A stretch of DNA of 61,332 nt from Candidatus Peribacteria bacterium (GTDB lineage: Bacteria; Patescibacteriota; Gracilibacteria; UBA1369; 2-02-FULL-48-14), in assembly GCA_943354505.1 (NCBI GenBank), contig CALRCE010000004.1:1-61332 (forward strand), read 5' to 3'. Each line of letters opens with the position of its first letter. The stretch's first letter is position 1. Shown here one piece after another: positions 49,124-58,118 of the stretch. The notes beneath the pieces are model-generated. The model was not told the DNA's origin, ran no database searches, and saw only the letters and a program-made list of their open reading frames with translations. The position numbers and the translations under genes are program-made.

Positions 49124-50029
49124 TTAAGCTCGTTTTCCCCAACTCAATTTATCGCGCAAAAGGCGGTAGTAATTGCCTCCTGCTTTGGCTCGACGAATGA
49201 GGCGAAGTTTTCGGTGAGAGGTGCGGATTTTAACCTCGTCGTCGTATTCCACGGGAATCATGATCTGACCGTCGATGGTGAGACCGATCTGATTGTCGGC
49301 GTAACGGCGTTCGGTGAGGATTTTGATGTTGATCTGGCGATTGGCGGGAATCACGATGGGACGCACGGTGAGTTCTGCGGGACAAATGGGCGTGAAAACA
49401 AAACCGTCGATGCGAGGGTGCATGATGGGGCCGCCTGCTGACAAAGAATGACCTGTGGAACCTGTTGGGGTGGCCACGATCACTCCATCCGCCTTGAATT
49501 CGAGCATTTTGCGCTGATCGATTTCGGCGTAGAGCGAGATGAGGCGTGCGAAGTTGCCTTGGTTGATCACGGCTTCGTTGAGGGCGAGGTGGGTGTCGAT
49601 TTTTTTGCCTTTTCGGTAGAGCGTGGCGCGAAGCAGGAGGCGTTCGTCGATGTGGTATTCGCCGCGGAAAAACTCATCTAAATATTCAAAGATTTTCTTG
49701 GGATCGTTGACTTCGGTGTTGAAGCCGAGCGTTCCCATGTTGACTCCCAAAATATAAAGGTCTTTACGCAAGGGCAGATCTCGAATGAGCTTGAGCAGGG
49801 TTCCGTCGCCTCCAAGGCTGAGCACGAGGTCGCATTTTTTAAGGATGGTGAGGCGAGTGGATTCGCCTTTCTTCCCGAGAACTTCTCCACAGTACTCGTC
49901 CCACATCAAGGTGCATTTTTTACTGACAAAGTACTTTTGCAGTTCTTTGAGGTAGGTGGCTCGATCGCTGATTTTGCTTTTGCCAAGCAAACCAATGGTC
50001 TGGAACTTGTGGGGCTTTTTTGGTTTCAT
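49124..50029 (-). CDS. nadK: NAD kinase
   Basis: SLGGDGTLL, GVNMGTLGF, LNE, ADGVIVATPTGSTG.SLSAGGP. Confidence 0.96.
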   Translation of the reverse strand: MKPKKPHKFQTIGLLGKSKISDRATYLKELQKYFVSKKCTLMWDEYCGEVLGKKGESTRLTILKKCDLVLSLGGDGTLLKLIRDLPLRKDLYILGVNMGTLGFNTEVNDPKKIFEYLDEFFRGEYHIDERLLLRATLYRKGKKIDTHLALNEAVINQGNFARLISLYAEIDQRKMLEFKADGVIVATPTGSTGHSLSAGGPIMHPRIDGFVFTPICPAELTVRPIVIPANRQINIKILTERRYADNQIGLTIDGQIMIPVEYDDEVKIRTSHRKLRLIRRAKAGGNYYRLLRDKLSWGKRA

Positions 50030-50050
50030 GAGTACCGTTTATTAAACGAC

Positions 50051-51184
50051 ATGAAAACTCTAGCGAAAGCCCGACTCCTTGTCACTCGATTTCCCTACAC
50101 TAGCCAATGGGGTGGGGAGGAGCTGCACACCCTCACCTTGGCCAAAGAGTTGGATGCGCGAGGGATTCCGAGCTTTTACCTGGGTTCGTGTCGTGTGCTG
50201 GGCGAGGCGTTTAAAGAGGCCCACTTTGATGCGAAATTTGCGTGGTTGGGGAAGCCGCCGGTGACGAAGTTTTGGCTTTTGGCGTTCACGGTGCTCAGTC
50301 CGTTTTTGTTTTTGAAGGCGGGACTGATGTTGGGCAAGGCCCGGCAACGTTGGGACGTGGACTCGGTGCTCATGCTGTCGTTTGGTGAGAAACTTTTGAT
50401 GACCCCGTGGGCTCGGCTGTTTGGAATGCGAACGCTGTGGATTGAGCACGCGCGGATCGGACGATGGCTGAGCAAAAATCCGTGGCGAATCGTGTACAAA
50501 TGGTGGTCGCGCTGGGCGACGGTGGTGGTGACGAGCAATGCGATGGCTCCGCTCGTTCGGCCCTGGATTTCGGAGCGCGGGGTGAGCCCTCGACTGGCGG
50601 CGATTTCGTGTGCGGTGATGGTGGAAAAGGCGAGTCCCTTACGAGGCGAGGTGGCGGCATTTATAGACGGGAGTTTTGTAGTGTCCACTGTGGCGCGTTT
50701 GACACCTGATAAAGGAGTGGACATGCTTGTCCATCTTGTCCATTCTAAACCTGATGTGAAGCTTGTGGTGGTGGGCAGTGGACCGCTGAAAAAAGAGCTG
50801 CAAAAAAAGGCCGATTTGGACCGCGTTTTGTTCGTGGATTCTTTGCCACGAGGCGAATTGATGGAGCTTTATAAACGCAGTGATTTGTTCGTGCTGGCGT
50901 CTCGCGAAATGGATCCGTTTGGAATGGTGGCGGCCGAGGCGATGCACTTTGGAACGCCAGTGCTTTTGACGACCGCGTGTGGCATTTCGAAGGACCTTGT
51001 GCACGGCCGCGACGCGTGGATTGTGGAGCCGAAAGTGGCGGAGCTGGACAAGGCTTTCAAGCGTTTGCAAAAGGACCCTGCGTTGCGAAAAGCGTTGGGC
51101 AGGCACGGCCAGGCGTTTGTGAAAAAACACTACCAACTGGGGGCAATGATGGAGGAGTTTGAGGGGTTGTTGACAAAAATTTAA
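50051..51184 (+). CDS. Glycosyltransferase family 4
   Basis: GGEELH, VARLTPDKG, DPFGMVAAEAM; start MKTLAKA. Confidence 0.88.
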   Translation: MKTLAKARLLVTRFPYTSQWGGEELHTLTLAKELDARGIPSFYLGSCRVLGEAFKEAHFDAKFAWLGKPPVTKFWLLAFTVLSPFLFLKAGLMLGKARQRWDVDSVLMLSFGEKLLMTPWARLFGMRTLWIEHARIGRWLSKNPWRIVYKWWSRWATVVVTSNAMAPLVRPWISERGVSPRLAAISCAVMVEKASPLRGEVAAFIDGSFVVSTVARLTPDKGVDMLVHLVHSKPDVKLVVVGSGPLKKELQKKADLDRVLFVDSLPRGELMELYKRSDLFVLASREMDPFGMVAAEAMHFGTPVLLTTACGISKDLVHGRDAWIVEPKVAELDKAFKRLQKDPALRKALGRHGQAFVKKHYQLGAMMEEFEGLLTKI

Positions 51185-51198
51185 ATTGCACTTATAAT
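51170..51198 (+). promoter_or_regulatory. Consensus sigma70 promoter
   Basis: TTGACA-N17-TATAAT exactly. Confidence 0.75.
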
Positions 51199-51220
51199 AA
51201 CCGCTATCCTGTTCCCCTGC

Positions 51221-52048
51221 ATGTCTAAACTTGGATTAGGACTATCGACTCTCCTTCTTGCCACAGATCTTGCCGGATGTTCTCCTTCACCCGAGGATGA
51301 GGATCCTTCAAAAGAGGCAATGAAAGCTGCCTCAATTTCACCCTCACTTGCATCTTTTGTTGAACATTTGAGCAGTGCCAGGAGCAGGGTGTTTGAGGAT
51401 CTGACTGGTGAAGAGCAACTGCTGGAGGAACTGGGCAAGAGAACGGAGCTTTCCGTCGTTGGTTCCTCTGTTTTAAAAGAGAAAGAGTGCAAGCGGCGGG
51501 CTGAAAAATTGAATGGAATAAAGCGTGGAGATAATGAAAACATTGCTTCATCTTCGACCCCTATAGACTGGTCTCCAGTTGTGGATACTACTGCAATGCA
51601 AGGCTGTGTGGAATTGCCCGATAAGAGTACGGGCTTTTTTCTTTTCGTTCCTTCGGTGTCTGTTTCAAGTAGAGAAGGTTGGTCTGCTAAGGATCCAGGT
51701 CTACTGACTTTCAAGACTGCGGTCTACCCAACTCCATTGAGTCCCTACAACAGTGCCGCACAAACTTTTGCTCTGGGCGAAGTGGCGTGTCGCTACTGGA
51801 CGATTCCTTTGTTAGGAGGACATCGTCCAAAGCTTCCTCTGGAAGCAAAACACTGTGGGGATGCGGTGTATCTGTACGAACAGGACGTCAGCTTGGATGA
51901 TGTGAGACTGGTCCTTACTGCTAGCCTGGAGGGGTGCATCGATGAAGGAATCCGTTCTGGTGCCATCCGAGACCCTGAATTTCTGTGTCATGAACTTGGG
52001 GTGGATCCTTCCTACGGTTCAGACCGCACGTCAAAAGTGACCAGATAG
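51221..52048 (+). CDS. Hypothetical lipoprotein-like ORFan
   Basis: LAGC lipobox-like; several Cys; own promoter. Confidence 0.65.
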   Translation: MSKLGLGLSTLLLATDLAGCSPSPEDEDPSKEAMKAASISPSLASFVEHLSSARSRVFEDLTGEEQLLEELGKRTELSVVGSSVLKEKECKRRAEKLNGIKRGDNENIASSSTPIDWSPVVDTTAMQGCVELPDKSTGFFLFVPSVSVSSREGWSAKDPGLLTFKTAVYPTPLSPYNSAAQTFALGEVACRYWTIPLLGGHRPKLPLEAKHCGDAVYLYEQDVSLDDVRLVLTASLEGCIDEGIRSGAIRDPEFLCHELGVDPSYGSDRTSKVTR

Positions 52049-52050
52049 GA

Positions 52051-52284
52051 ACCGCTTTTTGGCGCGACTATAGCCCCTTCACTCAAAAAGGTGAAAGACA
52101 AGTGGTCTGTCTCCACCAAGCAAGATCCATTGATTATGGAAGACTTTATTCGAAATTAGGACAACTGGACGAGCAGGATTGGCTCAACATCGTGTTTCGG
52201 TTTGAAAAACTTTACTTAAAAAGAAAATTCTTTTTGGGCTTCAAGGCAAAATTCACTCTTAAGAGTTTGCGCGGCGGCGTTTAG
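52051..52284 (+). pseudogene. C-terminal remnant of a PemK/MazF-type toxin
   Basis: YSPFTQKGERQVVCLHQARSIDYGRLYSKLGQLDEQDW matches the PemK C-half pattern (Q.R.ID..RL..K.G.L); N-terminal RP-motif half absent. Confidence 0.65.
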
Positions 52285-53363
52285 AGATTCTGTAAAATCT
52301 TCTTCGCTGTCTTCTCCCAAGAGAACTCTTTGATGCGGGCGAGGCCTTTTTGTTGGTAACGGTTGGCGACGAGGGGGTCCATGAGGTGCTCGATGGCTTC
52401 GGCCCATTCCTCGGGTTTGAAGGGGCTGGCGAGCACAGCGGCGTCTCCGACTGCTTCGGGGATGGAAGAAGAGCGGCTAGCGATGACGGGACAGCCGCAG
52501 GCCATGGCTTCGAGAGGCGGGATGCCAAATCCTTCGTATAAAGAAGGGAAGGCGAAGACGAGAGCGCGGGAGTAGAGTTCGCAGAGTTGAGAGCCGGAGA
52601 CGGAACCGAGGAAGTGGATGCGATCCTGAATGGTTGTGGGCAGGGTTTGAATAACGTTGAGCGTGGAAGCGCTTTTGGCCGCTCGGCCACCCACCACGAC
52701 GAGGTGGAGATCGGGGTGTTTCTCGTGGAGGAGTGCTAGGGTTTTGAACAGCAGAGCGATGTTCTTGCGAGGCAAGAGGGTTCCCACTGCTAAAATGTAC
52801 TTTGGGGGTAAATCGATTTTTTGGCTGTCCACGGCGTGGATGTCTTCGGGCACGGCGGGCGAAGCGACGATCGCGGCTTTGGCTCTGGTGAACGGGAAGA
52901 GTTTGTGCAGATCGCGGAGGGTGTTTTCGGAAACGGGAAGAAGTAGACGCGCTTTCTTGAGGGCACGGGGCAGGGTGAGGCGCTCTACGAGGGTTGGGAA
53001 CCATGGATGAGACTTGGCGTGCAAGAAGGTGATGAGGTCGTGGATCACCACGGCGACTTTTTGAGCTTTGGGAGCGAGGGCGGGGTAGATGGTGCTTGTT
53101 GGAGCGAGAAACCAGTCCACGGGAGCTTTGAGCAAGTGACGGCGCAGGTTCCAGTGCCACATTAGCCCTTTCCCTTTGATGCAGAGTTGTTTGACGTGCT
53201 CGGTGGTTTGAAAGTGAGGATTGGGCGTTTTTGTGAAGAGCACGAAGTCTTGCTCAGGAGCGGCGGCGATGAGGGCTTTGACCAGATTGAGCGTGTAGCG
53301 GCCTTTGCCCGCTCCTTTCTCACTGGCTTCGCGGATGTCGATGCCTAGGGTTTTCGTTGGCAT
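52281..53363 (-). CDS. Glycosyltransferase family 4
   Basis: IHDL, VGTLLPRKN, PSLYEGFGIPPLEAMACG. Confidence 0.93.
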   Translation of the reverse strand: MPTKTLGIDIREASEKGAGKGRYTLNLVKALIAAAPEQDFVLFTKTPNPHFQTTEHVKQLCIKGKGLMWHWNLRRHLLKAPVDWFLAPTSTIYPALAPKAQKVAVVIHDLITFLHAKSHPWFPTLVERLTLPRALKKARLLLPVSENTLRDLHKLFPFTRAKAAIVASPAVPEDIHAVDSQKIDLPPKYILAVGTLLPRKNIALLFKTLALLHEKHPDLHLVVVGGRAAKSASTLNVIQTLPTTIQDRIHFLGSVSGSQLCELYSRALVFAFPSLYEGFGIPPLEAMACGCPVIASRSSSIPEAVGDAAVLASPFKPEEWAEAIEHLMDPLVANRYQQKGLARIKEFSWEKTAKKILQNL

Positions 53364-53383
53364 AATGAACTTTTTTTGATAGA

Positions 53384-54190
53384 TTGAACTCGATTTTCCC
53401 CGTCATTATGTCGCTCACACAGCGGATGAAACAAGGCTTTCTTCGTCTCCCCCTCCGAAAACAGGTGGTTTTGCTGGCGAGTGCAGGTCTCATGATCAGC
53501 CCACTCATGCCTTGGTACGATGAGCGAAACAGCTTTGGCGTGGGCGATAGTTACCTCGGACTCCAGGGCCCCTTCTTTTTGATTGGATTCATGGTGATGG
53601 GCTTGGGAGCGATCAGTTTCTTTAATATGTTTCTGCCTTTGTTGGGCAAGCATTTTTTCAATCTTAAGAAACGCGGCGGAATTCTGAGTGTGATTTTGGG
53701 TTTGCAATCGGTGTTGCTCATGGTGGTGGCGAACTCGGTGTTCTTCCACCCTGATTTTGGAGTGAACCTCAGCACCAAATCCACTCGCTTTGGGATGACT
53801 TTTGCGTTCATCACGGCGGGATTCATGATGGTGGCGGGGTGGTTTTCTCGTGCAAAAGAGGAAGAAGTGAATGAAATCGTGAGCCTTGAAGAAGATGTGC
53901 AGGAGGTTGAAATTCAAGAAGATCGACCTTTTGCCGGCCCCAGTCCGGTGTCTTACGAACAGGCACGCCCCGTGCAGACCAGCTTTTCTCAACCTGCGCC
54001 CACGGCGACCCCTTCTGTGGATCCTTTGACTTTGGATCCGAAGGCTCGATACAAGTTGATGCAGGCACGGCTTCGCAGCCAAGGCGGATCCGTGCATTAT
54101 GGCAGCAACAACGCGTCTAATTTTTGGGGCGGACGCAACGCTTCCTCTCCTTATGGAATTTCTAGTTCAGACAACGATAACAACTTTTAA
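53384..54190 (+). CDS. Hypothetical membrane protein
   Basis: Four TM segments (MPWY motif), disordered C-tail; start uncertain. Confidence 0.7.
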   Translation: MNSIFPVIMSLTQRMKQGFLRLPLRKQVVLLASAGLMISPLMPWYDERNSFGVGDSYLGLQGPFFLIGFMVMGLGAISFFNMFLPLLGKHFFNLKKRGGILSVILGLQSVLLMVVANSVFFHPDFGVNLSTKSTRFGMTFAFITAGFMMVAGWFSRAKEEEVNEIVSLEEDVQEVEIQEDRPFAGPSPVSYEQARPVQTSFSQPAPTATPSVDPLTLDPKARYKLMQARLRSQGGSVHYGSNNASNFWGGRNASSPYGISSSDNDNNF

Positions 54191-54192
54191 TT

Positions 54193-54417
54193 ATGTCCGA
54201 CGACACAACCGTGACAGATGAAGTGAGCGAAGAAACGGCTGCTCCGCAAGGAAGCCCCATCGTGTTCTATTGCAAGGATTGCAAAGCCATTGTGGACGAG
54301 CCCATCAAGCACAAAACCAAGTACGAATACATGTGCCCCACTTGCAAAAGCGAGCGTGTTTCGTTTGGAACGCGTCAGGCGATTTCGGACTTCTTTCAAG
54401 TGAAACTGAAAAACTAG
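54193..54417 (+). CDS. Small zinc-ribbon protein
   Basis: FYCKDC...CPTC; 2 nt after the preceding stop. Confidence 0.7.
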   Translation: MSDDTTVTDEVSEETAAPQGSPIVFYCKDCKAIVDEPIKHKTKYEYMCPTCKSERVSFGTRQAISDFFQVKLKN

Positions 54418-55421
54418 ACTTTGAGGAGACGAACGGCACCACGGGTCGGGCGTTTGTCGGCAGGGTTGTGAGGCATGACTGAAGTTAGATCGCTGATTTT
54501 TGAATAGTCCAAAGTTCGTACGACAGTGAGTTGTTTTTTGGGATCGCGTCCATTGTTGAGCCAAGTGGATGCTCCTTCCTCGCCTCTGAACATGGCGAGC
54601 TTGCGAATGTATTCCAGCACGGCGACACTTTTGGGTTTGTCGTAGGCGTCCTCTGTGGGGAACAGTTGGTAACCGGTGGGCTGACCTTCTGGGCCGTACA
54701 CCGCTTCGTAGGTTTCCCAATAGTCCATGCCACGACAGAAGGTGGGTTCACGATCTTTGAATAAGAGTTGGCCTCCTTTGCTCACTCCGATGAGTTCTCC
54801 ACCGCCTTCCATGGCAAGAACCAAAGCAAGGTTTGTCCTCTCGTGATTCTTTGGATTGAGGCGGTTGAGACGTTCCACCATGTCTTCCCAAGTGAGGTTG
54901 GATCGGTCGGGTTGTTTTCGCTTGAGTGCATCCGCTGGTCGTTCGCCGGACTGTGGCACAACTTTCTTTTCTTCCAGAATGAATAGGCCCTTGTCAAAGT
55001 CGGTTCTTAAGTGATCCAGTCGCGGATCGGTGGGGAGCACGTCGGTGGATCGAGGCCCGCCTTCCATGGACTGAACGGCTGACAGCTGCTTGCTGAAGTC
55101 TTCTGTGAGGGTCGGGATTTGTGACTTGCGTTCGATCTCTCGAACGAGGCCGGCAAGGGCCTCTAAAATGGCAGGTAACTCTTGGGAGGCAAGGCCCGTG
55201 TCCACTTGAACGCCCAGAGCTTCCAACTCCGACAGCACTGCTTCTTTATCTGTTAGTTCCAGTATTTCTTTCAGTTTTTTAACTCGAGGACCGTTGTTCC
55301 CTAAACGCAGAAAATGAGCCACTTGCGTGAGGAGATTTCTTAGATTCATCTCCCGTCGATCCACGATGGGATTGGGCGTTGGAAAGGTGATTGTCGGTTG
55401 AATTCCGGGCGTTTGTGCCAT
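54414..55421 (-). CDS. Hypothetical protein with DUF4256-like C-terminal domain
   Basis: TWEDM..RL, AMEGGGE, LFKD, STWL, HN......RG...LLKV resemble DUF4256; start MAQTPG. Confidence 0.55.
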   Translation of the reverse strand: MAQTPGIQPTITFPTPNPIVDRREMNLRNLLTQVAHFLRLGNNGPRVKKLKEILELTDKEAVLSELEALGVQVDTGLASQELPAILEALAGLVREIERKSQIPTLTEDFSKQLSAVQSMEGGPRSTDVLPTDPRLDHLRTDFDKGLFILEEKKVVPQSGERPADALKRKQPDRSNLTWEDMVERLNRLNPKNHERTNLALVLAMEGGGELIGVSKGGQLLFKDREPTFCRGMDYWETYEAVYGPEGQPTGYQLFPTEDAYDKPKSVAVLEYIRKLAMFRGEEGASTWLNNGRDPKKQLTVVRTLDYSKISDLTSVMPHNPADKRPTRGAVRLLKV

Positions 55422-55534
55422 GGTTTGACGAATGAATCTTATTATTATACCATATATCCACTGAAACTCAACCTGTTTGGACTGGAAAAAGTGGCGACAG
55501 TCCTCCATGCTCTGCTCATCCTTAATCTCCTCTG

Positions 55535-56656
55535 ATGCTTCCCGACCGAATCGACTACGTGGATCTCGACCGAGCTAAGAACGCGTTCATCGCGGCAAGC
55601 AAGAAAACGATGGGATTTGCGGAGGCGTATGGGTTTATGCCGGGTGGTTTTGGAGCGAGTGCGAATGTGTTCGCCTTGGATTTGAAACCGTTTTTGAAGA
55701 GCGGCGCGGAGAATTTGCTGGTGACTTTGTTGCCGGAAGGGCTGGGAACGGCGGATGATGCCAGGCCTGACGATTTTTCGAGTGAAGAGTGGGTGAAGTT
55801 TTGGAGGAACGTCGGGCTCAAGACCATGTCGACTTTGACGAACGACGCGGCATCCTCGGGAATGCAGACGATTTTGATCTCTTTGTATTTGCCTTCGGCG
55901 CGTCCGGAGCTCGTGTTCACGGCCGAATTCATGGAGGGCTTTTTAGATGGATTTGTGGACGGCTGCAAACGTGTCGGTTGTGTCTACTTTTCAGGAGAAA
56001 CACCTCAGCTGAAGACCAAGATTTTCGAAGATAAGTTGGACATTGCGGGTGCCTTATTTGGAGTGGTTCCGGCTGGGTACAGTGCGATCGATTCGAGTGA
56101 ACTTGTGGAGGGCGATTTTATGGTCTTTGTGGAAAGCAGCGGGCCTCACGAAAATGGGTTTACGACGCTGCGCAGTGTGGCGGAAGGTTTGCCTCAGGGT
56201 TATCGCACGAAGTTGCCGAGCGGAATGGAATTTTGGGAAGCGATCAATGCGCCGGGACATTTGTACACCTCGCTTGTGCAGGCGGTCATGAAGGCCGGCA
56301 TTCGTCCTTCGAACGTGGAGCCCATCACGGGACACGGATGGCAGAAATTGATGCGCCCCAGACAAGCGCTGCGTTATGTGGTGGACACGATGTTGCCGGT
56401 GCCTGAGATTTTTAGTTTTGTGGAACAGGCGAGCGGAATGAGCACCGAAACCATGCTGAAGACTTTTAATTATGGTGTTGGAATGGCGATTTATACGCAC
56501 ACTCGTGAAGAAGCAGAAAAGGTGGTGGCTTTGGCTGCTGAGCAGGGTCTAAAAGCTTGTGTGGCGGGCCACGTCGAAGAAGCCGAGGCTCGCGAAGTGG
56601 TGGTGAAGCCACTGGGGGTCACGATCCACGGGGAGGGGTTTGCGCTGGGGAAGTGA
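55535..56656 (+). CDS. purM: AIR synthase (PurM family, divergent)
   Basis: EGLGT, NDAASSG, SGETP, SSGPHENGFT, ITGHG, TFNYGVGM. Confidence 0.85.
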   Translation: MLPDRIDYVDLDRAKNAFIAASKKTMGFAEAYGFMPGGFGASANVFALDLKPFLKSGAENLLVTLLPEGLGTADDARPDDFSSEEWVKFWRNVGLKTMSTLTNDAASSGMQTILISLYLPSARPELVFTAEFMEGFLDGFVDGCKRVGCVYFSGETPQLKTKIFEDKLDIAGALFGVVPAGYSAIDSSELVEGDFMVFVESSGPHENGFTTLRSVAEGLPQGYRTKLPSGMEFWEAINAPGHLYTSLVQAVMKAGIRPSNVEPITGHGWQKLMRPRQALRYVVDTMLPVPEIFSFVEQASGMSTETMLKTFNYGVGMAIYTHTREEAEKVVALAAEQGLKACVAGHVEEAEAREVVVKPLGVTIHGEGFALGK

Positions 56657-56683
56657 AATGAATCTTTGACATTTAAATAACTA

Positions 56684-57478
56684 ATGACTGATTTCATTAA
56701 AACACCTTTCGACGACTTTATACTTTTGTGTACTCAATCCCAATTGAGCAACCCAGCTTATCCAGCTTTTACAGACTTGAGAGCGTTTTTAATGACTCAA
56801 GCAAAGACATTTCGGGTTTGCTATATCAATATGAAAAAGTGCGCTGAGACTTTTGAGAAAACGTTAGAAGATATGAGAAAGGGGCCAGGTGGACATAGAT
56901 CATGTACAACGGAAGAAATGATCAGCATGAGTGATAACACAATAATGACAGCTTTAGCTTTCTTTCAGTTTTTAGCTGCAGTCAACCAATTTGGCAGACG
57001 CCTCGACAGATTAGATTCAAAGTTACTAAAACCTCCTTTAGATAAAGAGGTCTACTTTTTTCGAAACAAGGTAATCGAACATTGGGATGAATACCTTGGA
57101 TACGGCCCAGTTTCGCATGGTATGAGGGGGCAAAAAGATAAACTAAATTTGCCATATCACAGTGGAAGGAAAGTTGGTTTTTTAGAGAACCAAGAGGCTA
57201 AACAGCTGCTTGAAGTGGAGTTTAAGAGATATATACCCAGTTTCAGCCTGCCTTCAACTGCTGATCCTGAAACTTACATGAAACTTGTTTACGATGGTTT
57301 GAAACTAATTGATCCTGAGCTGAAGTCTAAACCACGTTATCCAAAGAAAGGATCAAAGCATATCCCAGAAGATCTAGTTGAACTGCTGTACGACTCTGGA
57401 TTTCCTGCTCCTTTTTTAGATATTGAAAAGTACATCGATGAATTGCTTGTTTATCTTCAAAGAATATATGATGCATGA
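56684..57478 (+). CDS. Hypothetical low-GC protein with HEPN-like RNxxxxH motif
   Basis: FRNKVIEH; helical; AT-rich codon usage. Confidence 0.6.
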   Translation: MTDFIKTPFDDFILLCTQSQLSNPAYPAFTDLRAFLMTQAKTFRVCYINMKKCAETFEKTLEDMRKGPGGHRSCTTEEMISMSDNTIMTALAFFQFLAAVNQFGRRLDRLDSKLLKPPLDKEVYFFRNKVIEHWDEYLGYGPVSHGMRGQKDKLNLPYHSGRKVGFLENQEAKQLLEVEFKRYIPSFSLPSTADPETYMKLVYDGLKLIDPELKSKPRYPKKGSKHIPEDLVELLYDSGFPAPFLDIEKYIDELLVYLQRIYDA

Positions 57479-57610
57479 TCATGAGCATTTACAGAAAGTA
57501 AATGCCTTATTCAAGCCATAAACTCGAGTAAAATCTGTGCGTGCGCACACTTTCTAATTTTTGATTTAATTTCAGAGTTTTGTCAGGACTCTTCGTGTTA
57601 GAGTTCTTTT

Positions 57611-58039
57611 ATGCGTGTTTATCAAACAAAGTCAGGAGCATTAACGGGGACAGACTTTCACGAGGTCTGGAGGAAAGCATCTTTTATCTACAAAATGATA
57701 AAGAAGAGGAGTAAGCGTCAGCCCTATTTACGCTCTGCTTACTTCTGCAAAGATAAAATCTTCCTCGGGCTATTTTGGGATCATCTTTTTGAGAAAACTT
57801 GGCCGGACCGCTTGAGACGATTGAGGTATTTTTCTGCTGCTATAGAGCTCATTGAAAATAGCCGTATTGAACCCTCTCTCAAGGAAGATCCTCAGCACTC
57901 AGAGGATACGCTTTACCGTTTTTCTGGTTTCACTAAAGAGAAAGAGCTTTTCCATGTTCAAGTAAAATTTGATCAATCGACTTTAAAGAAATATCTGATC
58001 TCTATATTTCCTGGAAAAGAAGAAAAGGCTCTCCGCTAA
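57611..58039 (+). CDS. Small basic hypothetical protein, putative BECR-fold nuclease/toxin
   Basis: 142 aa, basic; FWDHL...DRLRRLRYF...YRF.G...FHVQV...YLISIFP. Confidence 0.6.
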   Translation: MRVYQTKSGALTGTDFHEVWRKASFIYKMIKKRSKRQPYLRSAYFCKDKIFLGLFWDHLFEKTWPDRLRRLRYFSAAIELIENSRIEPSLKEDPQHSEDTLYRFSGFTKEKELFHVQVKFDQSTLKKYLISIFPGKEEKALR

Positions 58040-58077
58040 GTTGTGGCGTATAAACCACGGGCCGATAAGCCTTCTCT
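58015..58077 (-). ncRNA. Putative antisense structured sRNA
   Basis: Own promoter upstream; 10-bp closing stem AGAGAAGGCT/AGCCTTTTCT; inner hairpin GTGG/CCAC; U-rich 3' end. Confidence 0.5.
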
Positions 58078-58083
58078 GCTTTT

Positions 58084-58111
58084 ATTTTAGCGTGGTAAAA
58101 TAAAATTTCAA
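58084..58111 (-). promoter_or_regulatory. Sigma70-like promoter pointing back into the 57611 gene
   Basis: Minus strand TTGAAA-N16-TAAAAT. Confidence 0.5.
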
Positions 58112-58118
58112 GTGCGAA

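Noticed and set aside
54414-54560. DGR variable region at the end of the DUF4256-like gene
   Set aside because: No template repeat or reverse transcriptase in the window.
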